A stretch of DNA of 64,000 bases from Candidatus Magasanikiibacteriota bacterium (GCA_052033375.1 JBPOJQ010000014.1:342-64341), one strand, 5' to 3'. Positions 19,475 to 29,137 are shown, counted from the stretch's first letter. Notes: a model not told the origin generated them from the letters alone. Numbers and translations: made by a program.

Positions 19475-19888
19475 TTATGCTTCTTCTACCGCTGTTTGAA
19501 TTGAATTGATAAAGAAATTTGCAATCGCGTATGCAGATAAAATGATCGCAAGACCAATTACTGCAGCGATAATAATTTTCTTTGCCGCTTCTACACTTTC
19601 ATCGTTTCCACCAGCAGTCATCCATTTGAAACCACCCCAGAGGATCAATATTACTGCGATTAATCCTAAGAATGTTAACGCGAGGTTGATAATATTAACT
19701 ACCACTTCGCGTGCATCAGTCTCATCAGTACTGATGTTCAAACCCGTTGTTGGTTCGATACCAAATGGATCGTCATTTACATTTGTTGTGAAGGCAACTT
19801 TTGGTGATAACGTAAATACAGTTACTAAAGCTACAATAGCCAATAATACATTTCTATGCTTTAGTAATTTTGCTTGTATGTTTTTCAT
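19475..19888 (-). CDS. VirB2/TrbC-like 'T4SS-pilin' family small membrane protein (paralog 8)
   Basis: …LTFLGLIAVILILWGGFKWMTAGGNDESVEAAKKIIIAAVIGLAIILSAYAIANF…. Confidence 0.6.
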   Translation of the reverse strand: MKNIQAKLLKHRNVLLAIVALVTVFTLSPKVAFTTNVNDDPFGIEPTTGLNISTDETDAREVVVNIINLALTFLGLIAVILILWGGFKWMTAGGNDESVEAAKKIIIAAVIGLAIILSAYAIANFFINSIQTAVEEA

Positions 19889-20075
19889 ACTCCCTCACCC
19901 CCCTTCAATTTTTGACATGTTTTATACATAACAATGAATCACGTTTATGTACGAACTTACGAACAAATGCCGAAAGTACGAAACTTTATTTTACTATTCT
20001 TGGTTGCACCTCCAACTTTACTTAAAATAAATTTCGTACTTTCGTAATGGATTTCTTAAGTTCGTACGTATATTA

Positions 20076-20474
20076 TTAATTTGGACTCGCCTGTAACGTG
20101 GTTAAAATCAACGTAATTATAGCATAGCTACTAAAAACTACAATAATTCCAATTCCAGCCCAAAGCATCGCCTGTAATCCCTTCTGAATCTTTTCTGAAT
20201 TTCCTGCTGAGGTGAGCCAGAGAAAACCCCCGTACAGGAATACGACAAAGGTGATTGACCCCACGATTCCCATGATGACCTGAATTGTATTTCCTATAAT
20301 CACTTTTATATCCGATGTTTCGAGTGGGTTCACCAACGATACACATTCTTCTCCCGTACGACAAACACTTGCTGGTGTGCTCGAGGCCGAAGCTAATTGA
20401 AAATTACTAAAACTTATAAGAGTTCCAAATATAAGTATTATAATCACGACTAATTTTTTCCAACTTTTCTTCAT
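20076..20474 (-). CDS. VirB2/TrbC-like 'T4SS-pilin' family small membrane protein (paralog 9)
   Basis: …MGIVGSITFVVFLYGGFLWLTSAGNSEKIQKGLQAMLWAGIGIIVVFSSYAIITL…; CxxxxC in N-terminal region. Confidence 0.55.
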   Translation of the reverse strand: MKKSWKKLVVIIILIFGTLISFSNFQLASASSTPASVCRTGEECVSLVNPLETSDIKVIIGNTIQVIMGIVGSITFVVFLYGGFLWLTSAGNSEKIQKGLQAMLWAGIGIIVVFSSYAIITLILTTLQASPN

Positions 20475-20479
20475 ACTAA

Positions 20480-21652
20480 TTAAAATGGTGTCAGATTAGG
20501 GTTAATGCCAATCGCCTTTACAATAAAGCTCACTAATATGTAGGCTGAAAATGCGATTATCATACCCACGGTTGCGGCTACTAATATCTGCTTTCCTTGT
20601 CCTACTTTTTCTGAATTTCCAAATGACAGAACCATAGTGAGACCACCATAGACAAAAAATGCAAACCCAAGTCCAGCAATAATGCCAAAAAGCCAATTTG
20701 CCACGTTCACTCCAAGCTCTATCAAATCTTCCACACTACGACAGGTGCCTGTAAAGGCGCACGCAGGAAGTGGGCCTGTATAGTCATCAGGTCTACGATA
20801 ACGATCGGCTATATATTGATCGACCGCTTTTGACATATCGACATCAGTTGTTTTTTTTATACACGTATTATTTTCTCCAGTTGTACAATAGTTTGCAGTC
20901 GCACAGACATCTGGTGGTAATTGTGTACAGTCTACTGCAGGATCAGCTTTTGCCATGCATTTTGCCGGAGCGACCCACCAAAAACATTGTGAATTTGCTT
21001 CACAGATAGACTTTTCCTTACCATTATTTTGTGCGCACAAAGGGACCGGATTTACCTGCTGTTCATCTCCGTCAGCCTTCTTGAAAAAATATACATATGC
21101 ATCATCCACATCTGCATCAAGATCGTTGAAATAGAATCGTAATCGTGCATTTACTTCAGCAGCACCGCACTTGACTGAATTAATAAGAGGATATGTCGCC
21201 CTATCTGGTCTCTTATCATCAGATTGATAACTATTCCATTGACCCGTTCCACTTACTAGATAGGATCCAGGGACACCCGGTATACCACCACTCGCACTAC
21301 ATAGAGAATTATCATGAATTTGCATGCGCACATCTTCATCTCCCCAGCTTTGATCAATCACGAAAACACCGTCCTTATCAATACCTTTTATAAGCTGTGC
21401 CCAGTTGACTTCATTGATACCTACAGGAATCGTAACACAAAAAAATCTACCTCCTGTTGGCTGATTAGTCGTTTCATTGAAATCATCATCTTGACTTATT
21501 TTAAAAATTGCTAATTCTGTCTGCCCTGGTATGGCAAATGTTGGACACTTGAATCCCCCAAGTGATGCATCAACCGCATGTAATTCTGATGCAATAAAAA
21601 AAGTACTGAAAAAAGATAGTGTCAAAAAAATATGTTTGATACAACGATTCAT
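20480..21652 (-). CDS. large Cys-rich secreted domain fused to VirB2/TrbC-like core (paralog 10)
   Basis: 390 aa; signal peptide, ~300-aa ectodomain with >20 Cys, C-terminal …FGIIAGLGFAFFVYGGLTMVLSFGNSEKVGQGKQILVAATVGMIIAFSAYILVSF… core. Confidence 0.55.
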   Translation of the reverse strand: MNRCIKHIFLTLSFFSTFFIASELHAVDASLGGFKCPTFAIPGQTELAIFKISQDDDFNETTNQPTGGRFFCVTIPVGINEVNWAQLIKGIDKDGVFVIDQSWGDEDVRMQIHDNSLCSASGGIPGVPGSYLVSGTGQWNSYQSDDKRPDRATYPLINSVKCGAAEVNARLRFYFNDLDADVDDAYVYFFKKADGDEQQVNPVPLCAQNNGKEKSICEANSQCFWWVAPAKCMAKADPAVDCTQLPPDVCATANYCTTGENNTCIKKTTDVDMSKAVDQYIADRYRRPDDYTGPLPACAFTGTCRSVEDLIELGVNVANWLFGIIAGLGFAFFVYGGLTMVLSFGNSEKVGQGKQILVAATVGMIIAFSAYILVSFIVKAIGINPNLTPF

Positions 21653-21660
21653 AAACTTAT

Positions 21661-23046
21661 TTAGTACGTTTGTTGAATTTTTGCAGCCGCATTAATGATT
21701 ACGGTTTTATCTTTTTTGAGTGTCTCTTGTTCAGTATTTCCGGCTCTAAGAAATTCTGTAATCATATCTTTCATTGCTGAAACAGCTATTTCGCTCTCTC
21801 GTCCTCTATACCAATTATCTGCAAACAATGCTTGGGTTGCAAATGGCCCCATGGTCTCGTCTTGTTGTTGAACTACGATTTGTTCGCGGTAAGGACTCGG
21901 TCTAAAAGTCGCTGTCGTATAGGTCTGCACTTTTTCTTTTGAAGAAATAAATCGTACAAAATCCCATGCTTCATTTTGATGTTTTGATTTTTTTACCACT
22001 GATTCAAGCCAATAATTGGCTACATTTGCAGGCGATCCAGAATTCAATTGAGGTACTGTCGTAATTTTGATATTGAGCTGTGGTGCACGTGCTTTGATAC
22101 GCGGATAATCATATGCAAATCCGAAAAAAAACGCGCTTTTCCCTCGTACAAATTCGTCGAATGCATTTTGTTGCTTTTCGTTCCAGCTGTACCGATCTGC
22201 AGTAGCTCTCGCAAATCCGGTATAAAAATCTAGGGCTCGAATCATCGGATGCGAACGATCTTGAGACCGATCTACACCTGCTGCAAACGTAACTGATTCC
22301 TGAGTTACGGGAGTTGCCCCACTCTGTACCATAAATAGCGAGACAATATCAAAAAAATTATCAATATTATTGGAGGTTCCGAGTGCTACCCCTGATTGTG
22401 TAATATCAAGCGTTGCGTTGAATTTAGTCGTTTTCTGTACCGCTGCGACAAATTCTTCCCATGTAGTCGGTGCTTCGGCTATCCCTGCCCGATCGAGAAG
22501 TGTCTGATTGTAGAAGAGCGCCAGTGAATCGAAGGCAATAGGTAATCCATAAATTTTTCCCTCAATTACAGCATCTTTGTGGACTGATTGGACATATTCA
22601 CTACGCAGGTCGCGTTCTTTGGGTAGCGGAATAGTATCGACCACCACTGCCATCTCTTTGGTGTACTTATTTTTTTGTATTAAACGTGGTACTTGGACAC
22701 TGTCAGGGGCTGTAGCAAGTCGATTCTGATTTTTTCGAATCCAGCGTACATGCATAGATACTATATCTGGCCCCACATCGTCTGCTAATGCGTTGGTAAA
22801 TAATTGATCGAATTCTTCATATCGTACTTGTCGTATATTTATCGTCACTTGTGGTCGTAGTGCCTTGTATTCTGCAGCATATTTTTTCAATTCTTCCACA
22901 TCATTATACACCGTCCAATAATTCAATGTGACCGCCTTTACACTTGATTGCTCCTGCGCAGTCAATCCTTTGCACCCAAAACCAGAAAAAACCAACAACA
23001 CAGTTAGAATGGTGGAAAAAATTATCGATCGCTGCCTGGTTTTCAT
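21661..23046 (-). CDS. ABC transporter substrate-binding lipoprotein (family 1, sugar-type)
   Basis: 461 aa; lipoprotein signal with lipobox-like …FSGFGC; periplasmic-binding-protein type 2 fold residues throughout. Confidence 0.7.
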   Translation of the reverse strand: MKTRQRSIIFSTILTVLLVFSGFGCKGLTAQEQSSVKAVTLNYWTVYNDVEELKKYAAEYKALRPQVTINIRQVRYEEFDQLFTNALADDVGPDIVSMHVRWIRKNQNRLATAPDSVQVPRLIQKNKYTKEMAVVVDTIPLPKERDLRSEYVQSVHKDAVIEGKIYGLPIAFDSLALFYNQTLLDRAGIAEAPTTWEEFVAAVQKTTKFNATLDITQSGVALGTSNNIDNFFDIVSLFMVQSGATPVTQESVTFAAGVDRSQDRSHPMIRALDFYTGFARATADRYSWNEKQQNAFDEFVRGKSAFFFGFAYDYPRIKARAPQLNIKITTVPQLNSGSPANVANYWLESVVKKSKHQNEAWDFVRFISSKEKVQTYTTATFRPSPYREQIVVQQQDETMGPFATQALFADNWYRGRESEIAVSAMKDMITEFLRAGNTEQETLKKDKTVIINAAAKIQQTY

Positions 23047-23121
23047 AGTTTTCTAGTTATTGAGTTGTCTAGTTTTTTGCTACATGATACTACATCACCC
23101 AAAAACCATAATTAATTAACC

Positions 23122-23835
23122 TTATCTGAATATTTCAAAAATAAAATTCACCAATGCATAACTTGCAAAAATCAACACTATCCCCAACCCTGCCCAAAGA
23201 ATTGTATCTCTAGCTTTCTGTGTACTCTCAGAATTCCCTCGTGCTGTCATCCATGTGATTCCACCATAGAGCATCATGACCAGTGCCACTGTCCCGACCA
23301 CCCCCATAACCCCTTTTATCAACACACCAATCAGTTCTGGGAGTGTGTCTGCTTCTAGTTTATTGAGTTGATTTGCGTATTTAGAGAGTTGGGTTGACGA
23401 TGTGTTCCCGCGTGCAACCTCATCTACACATTTCTGAAAATTCGTGTATTCAGTACACGCACCGCAATTCCCTGGTGTCATAATACTTCCCCCGGCAGCA
23501 CTATTGCCATATTTGATACACTGATTTCCACACCGACATCCGCCATTTGGATAAGTAATGCCCCCAGCTTGACACGCCTGCAGTGTTTCAAATGGTTCTT
23601 GCAAGGGCGGACTACAAAAAGTTTCCAGCCATGAAGAATCTATTTTTCCTACTCCTTGCACACCATTTATATTTGGAACATCGTCCCCAATTTTATAACA
23701 CACACTGTTTATCTTACACGCCTGAGTCGCAGTAAAAACATTATGTGAAAAAAACATGGTGCCACTTAATATAACAAGCAAAACGAATATTTTTTTACTT
23801 TCTCGAAAAAATAACGACATATATGCGTAGTTCAT
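23122..23835 (-). CDS. Cys-rich secreted domain fused to VirB2/TrbC-like core (paralog 11)
   Basis: 237 aa; ~150-aa ectodomain with 12 Cys then …VMGVVGTVALVMMLYGGITWMTARGNSESTQKARDTILWAGLGIVLIFASYALVNF…. Confidence 0.55.
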   Translation of the reverse strand: MNYAYMSLFFRESKKIFVLLVILSGTMFFSHNVFTATQACKINSVCYKIGDDVPNINGVQGVGKIDSSWLETFCSPPLQEPFETLQACQAGGITYPNGGCRCGNQCIKYGNSAAGGSIMTPGNCGACTEYTNFQKCVDEVARGNTSSTQLSKYANQLNKLEADTLPELIGVLIKGVMGVVGTVALVMMLYGGITWMTARGNSESTQKARDTILWAGLGIVLIFASYALVNFIFEIFR

Positions 23836-23837
23836 GT

Positions 23838-24677
23838 CTACAGAAGTCCTTCTTTTTCGGCAAAATGAATTGCTGTTTTTAGTAATGCTAATTTATTCCC
23901 TGTATCAAAATATTCTCCTTCATACTCGTATGCAAAAAATTTCTTTTTCTTTGCTAGGGTATTTGCTGCGTCAGAGAGCCAAATCTCTCCATCTCTGCCC
24001 TCCTTCTGATTCTCCAAAATTGCCCAAATATCATTGGTGAAAATGTAGCGCATCCCTCCGACAATGAGACCCAATGGTGACACCGCATCAATCGGTGGTT
24101 TCTCACGAAATTCTGTTACTCGATAAATTCCCCGGCCAACAGATTTTCCGTATACATTACCGTATTTTTTTGACATTGACTCTTTGTCATCAATTTTCTG
24201 TACACCAATCACCGAAGATTTTTTCTTATAGAAAATATCCAATAGCTGTTGAATTACAGGAATTTGCGCATCAATGATACTGTCTCCGTCGGAAAACGCA
24301 AATGGCTCATCCCCCACAAATTCTTTTGCACACAGTAGTGCATGTCCATTCCCGCGTGGTTCCGCTTGTCGTGTATAAAAAAATCTTACTTTTTTGCTCA
24401 AATCTATCAACGATTGAATTCTATCTAATTTTCCCTGACTTTCTAGATATGCTTCAAAATCACGGTCACGGTCAAAGTGATCTTCAATAGCACGTTTTTG
24501 TGAACTAGTTACAAAAATTATTTCTCGTATTCCGCTCGCTGCCATTTCCTCGACGATGTATTGCAATACCGGCTTATCAAGTACTGGCAACATTTCTTTT
24601 GGCATAGCTTTTGTCGCAGGCAGGAATCTCGTTCCGAGTCCTGCAACCGTGATTACACCTTTACGGACTTTGTGCAT
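23838..24677 (-). CDS. galU: UTP--glucose-1-phosphate uridylyltransferase
   Basis: KGVITVAGLGTRFLPATKAMPKEMLPVLDKPVLQYIVEE… canonical GalU N-terminus; full-length nucleotidyltransferase fold. Confidence 0.85.
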   Translation of the reverse strand: MHKVRKGVITVAGLGTRFLPATKAMPKEMLPVLDKPVLQYIVEEMAASGIREIIFVTSSQKRAIEDHFDRDRDFEAYLESQGKLDRIQSLIDLSKKVRFFYTRQAEPRGNGHALLCAKEFVGDEPFAFSDGDSIIDAQIPVIQQLLDIFYKKKSSVIGVQKIDDKESMSKKYGNVYGKSVGRGIYRVTEFREKPPIDAVSPLGLIVGGMRYIFTNDIWAILENQKEGRDGEIWLSDAANTLAKKKKFFAYEYEGEYFDTGNKLALLKTAIHFAEKEGLL

Positions 24678-24791
24678 ACATTCTTTTTACAATAAGATTG
24701 TAAATAGTATACCATACTATAACTCAAAACTTAAAGTTCAAAACACAACACTATCACTCACATCTTAAAAACATGTGTTTTTGTTGTCTTT

Positions 24792-26192
24792 TTATTTCAC
24801 TTCTTCCCAACTAATCAACTCATACGTCGAACCCACAGGAAATCCCGGTGGCGGATAATATTGCAGATTACCATCGTATACATGATTCGTATAATAGTAT
24901 CCCGAGACGACCTGCCCACTCCCATTGATATACTTCCATCCACCGCCTGCATATGAAATCTGTGAACCAAAAAAGGTGAGAGAATTTTTAAGTGCACCCG
25001 CATGTTGACTTGGGTTGTAATACGGAGTGTAAATTTTTGCATACTGCGTCAATGCTGCAGCATTGATTTCAAGTGTACTCGGAGCCTCGTATGGAATGAT
25101 AATATCCCCTTGGGCTATAATCCCGATTACATCGTCACTTGATTTTTGTTTCTGTAGCAAATTATTCGAGATAAATACTTCTTTGTAATTACTTGGTACA
25201 GGGAAATTTCCCACACCGATCGTTACCCTCCCATCGACAGTTCCCTCTACCCAGACATTATCTTCGACAAACATGACTCCATTTGCCGGAAGTGTGTAGG
25301 TACCAATCAATGTTTTTGTTCCAATATCATAACAATATGATGTCCCATTCCAATACCACCCAGACCATCTCCATCTCCAATTTCCTTCACCGTAATAGCA
25401 GTCGCGGGTATTCACCCGATATACCGTATACTGTGTATCATTAAACACAATGTGATATCCCTCTCCCCCTGAAGAAGCAAGATATTTTCCACCACTCTGT
25501 GCAGCAGTGCGTATGTCTGAGAGATCCGCTGATACTGACCCAAAATCAGCTGCAGGAACTGGAAATTCCCAATAATATTGAGGTCCTCCCGCACCCCAAA
25601 TACCCGCTTTGGTGGTACCTTCATATGTGTACGTCGTCTTTGCACTTCGAATCCATGAATCCGTTGTGCCATCAAATCTAATACCGCCATTAGACATTAT
25701 TTCGCCATGTACCTGAGTCGTGGCACTAAAAGACATATCCACATTCTCTATAAATGCACTGTCCGTAAAAGAAGGAAATCCTAAACGAACTTTGATGGCT
25801 CGATTGGCATTCGGAGACGATGCGACAGTGCCGGTAGATGCCACTGCAATTACAGAAGAATTGGGCAAGGGCGTTGAGATACTTATTGCAAAACTCCCTA
25901 CCGTGCTATTAAACTTATCTTTTATATTATGCACATATGGCCCCGGAGCACCTGTACCATCAGTGAAATCAGTTGGATTATGCGCCAAATGCCACCGATA
26001 ATAATTTATACCAGCTTCTGAGATATGAAATGTCACATCGCGACGGTACACCTCCATGGAAATACGGTGTTCGAATAAGGAGTAACTCAAAATTCCCAAG
26101 ACCATTGTCACGAATGCTATTGATCCAAAAACCATCACAATGAGTAATGTATTTCCCTGATGCCATTGAATTTTTTTTCTACTTTTATACAT
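24792..26192 (-). CDS. PilX-like type IV pilus minor pilin
   Basis: 466 aa; N-terminus …QGNTLLIVMVFGSIAFVTMVLGILSYSLFEHR… resembles PilX_N (hydrophobic helix after Gly, no Glu5); large beta-rich C-terminal region; first gene downstream of pseudopilins. Confidence 0.45.
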   Translation of the reverse strand: MYKSRKKIQWHQGNTLLIVMVFGSIAFVTMVLGILSYSLFEHRISMEVYRRDVTFHISEAGINYYRWHLAHNPTDFTDGTGAPGPYVHNIKDKFNSTVGSFAISISTPLPNSSVIAVASTGTVASSPNANRAIKVRLGFPSFTDSAFIENVDMSFSATTQVHGEIMSNGGIRFDGTTDSWIRSAKTTYTYEGTTKAGIWGAGGPQYYWEFPVPAADFGSVSADLSDIRTAAQSGGKYLASSGGEGYHIVFNDTQYTVYRVNTRDCYYGEGNWRWRWSGWYWNGTSYCYDIGTKTLIGTYTLPANGVMFVEDNVWVEGTVDGRVTIGVGNFPVPSNYKEVFISNNLLQKQKSSDDVIGIIAQGDIIIPYEAPSTLEINAAALTQYAKIYTPYYNPSQHAGALKNSLTFFGSQISYAGGGWKYINGSGQVVSGYYYTNHVYDGNLQYYPPPGFPVGSTYELISWEEVK

Positions 26193-26224
26193 ACATGTGA
26201 ACCACTACTCGTATATGTGAATAA

Positions 26225-26848
26225 TCAATTGGTCTTCAAATTTCTAATATGTGTCAACGATTCGACTCTCAACGGTACCGGACTTTTTGTCTGATCCTTT
26301 TCTATTTCAATAATAATTTTTACCATTCGTATATTTGTAATACTCACTGGATCAGACATCGCCGCCTCGCTCCCAGTATAACTCTCGGTAAAATATTGAA
26401 AAGTCGGTGTTCCTCGCGATGCATTTCTCACATAGCTTGCCAATGTGGTCACTTGCTCTTGTCCTGAATAATTCAACGGATTTCCGCTGGGTTTTAATAT
26501 TCCACGCTTTAGATCAGTACCAGACAACCAATAATGTATACGTTCACGCATACTATCCCCGTCAATATTTGCATATACTATCAGCGATGACGTTGTAGCT
26601 TCTGCTATCGGATACGAACCAATGCTTGAAGCTTCTGCAGTTCTAATAGTATTCACAATTTCAGACACCACTCGTCGAGCATCCTTTTGTCCATATAATT
26701 GATCATCGAGTACACGCTGATTGCGGAAAGTCAGTATAATAAATGATGTAGCTCCGAGACCTACAATCAATGAAATTCCCATGACAACCGCTACCTCAAG
26801 CAGGGTCATTCCTCGGTAATCACTATTATTTTTATACACACGTTTCAT
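26225..26848 (-). CDS. type IV pilin-like protein (prepilin-type N-terminal cleavage/methylation domain), PilW-like
   Basis: …YRGMTLLEVAVVMGISLIVGLG… class III signal (G|MTLLE with Glu+5). Confidence 0.6.
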   Translation of the reverse strand: MKRVYKNNSDYRGMTLLEVAVVMGISLIVGLGATSFIILTFRNQRVLDDQLYGQKDARRVVSEIVNTIRTAEASSIGSYPIAEATTSSLIVYANIDGDSMRERIHYWLSGTDLKRGILKPSGNPLNYSGQEQVTTLASYVRNASRGTPTFQYFTESYTGSEAAMSDPVSITNIRMVKIIIEIEKDQTKSPVPLRVESLTHIRNLKTN

Positions 26849-28620
26849 AGAGAAGTTAGATCTGCGATTATAAAATGATCCTCGGTTACCTCGAATATTT
26901 CTTCGTAATCCTGATACCCTTCTGCTTCAATATGAATCGTATATTCCCCTTGGGATAAATTTCCCACATATACTTGCCCTGGTGGTGTACATGCATTCGT
27001 ATAGACAAATGTAAGGTCAGAGAGTAGCGGTGAAACCGATGGGTCTGCGGTATCCAAATATACTCGATAACGCATGTACCTCTCATCATCATGAACATCT
27101 GATATATGCACACTGCTTTCAGTAAAATAGGTATTTTCTGTACCATCAGGTCCTACAAAAACCCAAGACTGCGGTGTGCTCGAAGGGCTGGTAGCCATTT
27201 GCAGCCGTAGCGTCGTCGAAGGTGACTGGGCCATAGGATTCCACGACCAGATAATATATCGTGCATTTTCTCCAGTATCTATTGTTGACGATTCAAGATA
27301 TCCGCTTGATACATAGTCATTTCCATTCTTTGCAAGAAGCACATTTCCTGGACTAGTGAGTGTGTCAACACCACTCGCTGAACTGTATCCACCCTCTTCC
27401 TCAGTAAAATTTTCAAATCCTGCACCCATTGACCACTCTGTCTGTCCAATACTTCCAACTCCAGTATTTTTTGTAGAAGAAAAACCATTTGGTCCAGTAA
27501 TCGTCACGGTTGCATTGGCAATCGGAGCACTCTGATGTTCTGCCATAACCACTAGTGAGCGTGATGTATTCGGACCTAAAATCAATGTGCCTACTTCGTC
27601 TGCTCCAGGGAGTAATGTCATTGGAACATCAGGAATGGTCCCAATCAAATCATAGCCGGATACCACCAAACCATAACTATCCCACGGCAGAGAAATAAGC
27701 GACTGCATTCCACCAGCATCAGTCGTATAACTCTCATGTATCAAATAGACACTTGGATTCGCACCGATAAGTCGTGTCCCCTTGATCTGAAATGGTACAT
27801 TTCCCACTGCATTACACTGAGCATTTTTGGTTTCAACACTTAATGTAGAAATTTCATCAATAGTTAACGTGAGATTACTGACTTCCTGTTGCAGGACAGT
27901 CACATTCGAGGTAGTCGGATTTGGATTGGTCGAACTTGGTGCATAGGTCTTATCTGTGGTGTATCCTGTCTTTGTCGCCTGTATAAAATATTTTGCAGTA
28001 CCAGTAGCTAAATCATATATACGCAAAAATCCATCATCATCTGTCGTATCCATGAAATTATACGAGGGGTCAGTGCTCGTCGAAATAACAGTGACCGACG
28101 CATTTGAAACAGGATTACCATATGCATCGATCACTTGAACAAATAATGCACCGTGGTTCAGATTTCCTTCTAGATATTTTGGTGCAATATAGGTATACAT
28201 TGACAATGGTTCAGTCTGATCACACGAGACGCAGCGCGCCTCAATTTGAACAAATTTGTAATCAGCTGGCGCAGTATCCCCAGTCATTCCACCGATAGTT
28301 CCATCGTATGGATCATCAATATTTCGTATAGTGCGAGTAATTTCAAATATCATGCCATTTCGCGAAGTTGTGGTAGTATACTCAAATATACCAGAAGGAC
28401 TTCCATTGATAATTCCCACATCCTCGAAAGCTACGTTGTGCATAATTTCCATTTGTTCATTCAAAATAGCCGTCCCAAGGATGCGGACTCGAGAATGATA
28501 CACGAGTGAAAAACTCAGCTGGATACTACCATAAATTCCAACAATAAATAGCCCGAAAATGCCGAGTGCAACGACTGACTCAATTAAGGTAAATCCTTTC
28601 TGTATACGCGGTATTTTCAT
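26845..28620 (-). CDS. large type IV pilin-like protein (PilV-like N-terminus with ~550-aa ectodomain), candidate pilus tip/adhesin
   Basis: MKIPRIQKGFTLIESVVALGIFGLFIVGIY… canonical G|FTLIE prepilin signal; long Thr/Ser-rich beta-rich C-terminal domain. Confidence 0.6.
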   Translation of the reverse strand: MKIPRIQKGFTLIESVVALGIFGLFIVGIYGSIQLSFSLVYHSRVRILGTAILNEQMEIMHNVAFEDVGIINGSPSGIFEYTTTTSRNGMIFEITRTIRNIDDPYDGTIGGMTGDTAPADYKFVQIEARCVSCDQTEPLSMYTYIAPKYLEGNLNHGALFVQVIDAYGNPVSNASVTVISTSTDPSYNFMDTTDDDGFLRIYDLATGTAKYFIQATKTGYTTDKTYAPSSTNPNPTTSNVTVLQQEVSNLTLTIDEISTLSVETKNAQCNAVGNVPFQIKGTRLIGANPSVYLIHESYTTDAGGMQSLISLPWDSYGLVVSGYDLIGTIPDVPMTLLPGADEVGTLILGPNTSRSLVVMAEHQSAPIANATVTITGPNGFSSTKNTGVGSIGQTEWSMGAGFENFTEEEGGYSSASGVDTLTSPGNVLLAKNGNDYVSSGYLESSTIDTGENARYIIWSWNPMAQSPSTTLRLQMATSPSSTPQSWVFVGPDGTENTYFTESSVHISDVHDDERYMRYRVYLDTADPSVSPLLSDLTFVYTNACTPPGQVYVGNLSQGEYTIHIEAEGYQDYEEIFEVTEDHFIIADLTSL

Positions 28621-28630
28621 TCAAAAAAAA

Positions 28631-29137
28631 TTATTCTTCAATCCCCAATTCAACCATAATTTTTTCGACTATTGCACGAGCTTCTGCACTAGTCCGAGCA
28701 GGTACAGTCTTTTTGTCTCGACCTTCTTCCACAAGCGCTCTGACCAGATCTTCTTTCATGCCGAGTAATTCTTTTTTATGTTCAATGATTTTTTGTTTGA
28801 GTTGTGCAACCACCCTCTGGTCTTCCCCTATCGAAGGCGCCCCCTCAACGGTGGTCAATTGTAATTGTTGCCTCAGTATCTTCAGTGCGGATAGTACGTG
28901 CTGAATATGCAACACCACGTTTTGCACTTGTGTTGTAGCATTTTGCACTTCTTTTACAAGATATTCTGCTCGCTCACGAATTGCTGCAGTCCGCATTTCT
29001 TCGTCTAACTCAATTCCATTCGTTTCTTTTGTTTCTCTATTTTTTTCTTTCTCAAAAACATATTTTTTTTCTTGATTTTCCATATACTGCATCTTCAATG
29101 CTAGATTTTTCATAAGTATATCACAGTACAGATTCAA
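28631..29137 (-). CDS. hypothetical coiled-coil protein (first gene of the minor-pilin operon)
   Basis: 168-aa charged helical ORF; no motif. Confidence 0.4.
   Translation of the reverse strand: MNLYCDILMKNLALKMQYMENQEKKYVFEKEKNRETKETNGIELDEEMRTAAIRERAEYLVKEVQNATTQVQNVVLHIQHVLSALKILRQQLQLTTVEGAPSIGEDQRVVAQLKQKIIEHKKELLGMKEDLVRALVEEGRDKKTVPARTSAEARAIVEKIMVELGIEE

Noticed and set aside
16141-23835. Pilin-like paralogs as type IV (T4P) major pilins
   Set aside because: They have Sec-type signal peptides and two C-terminal helices. They lack the class III G|FTLIE prepilin leader present in the genuine pilins at 26225-28620. VirB2/TrbC-like topology fits better.
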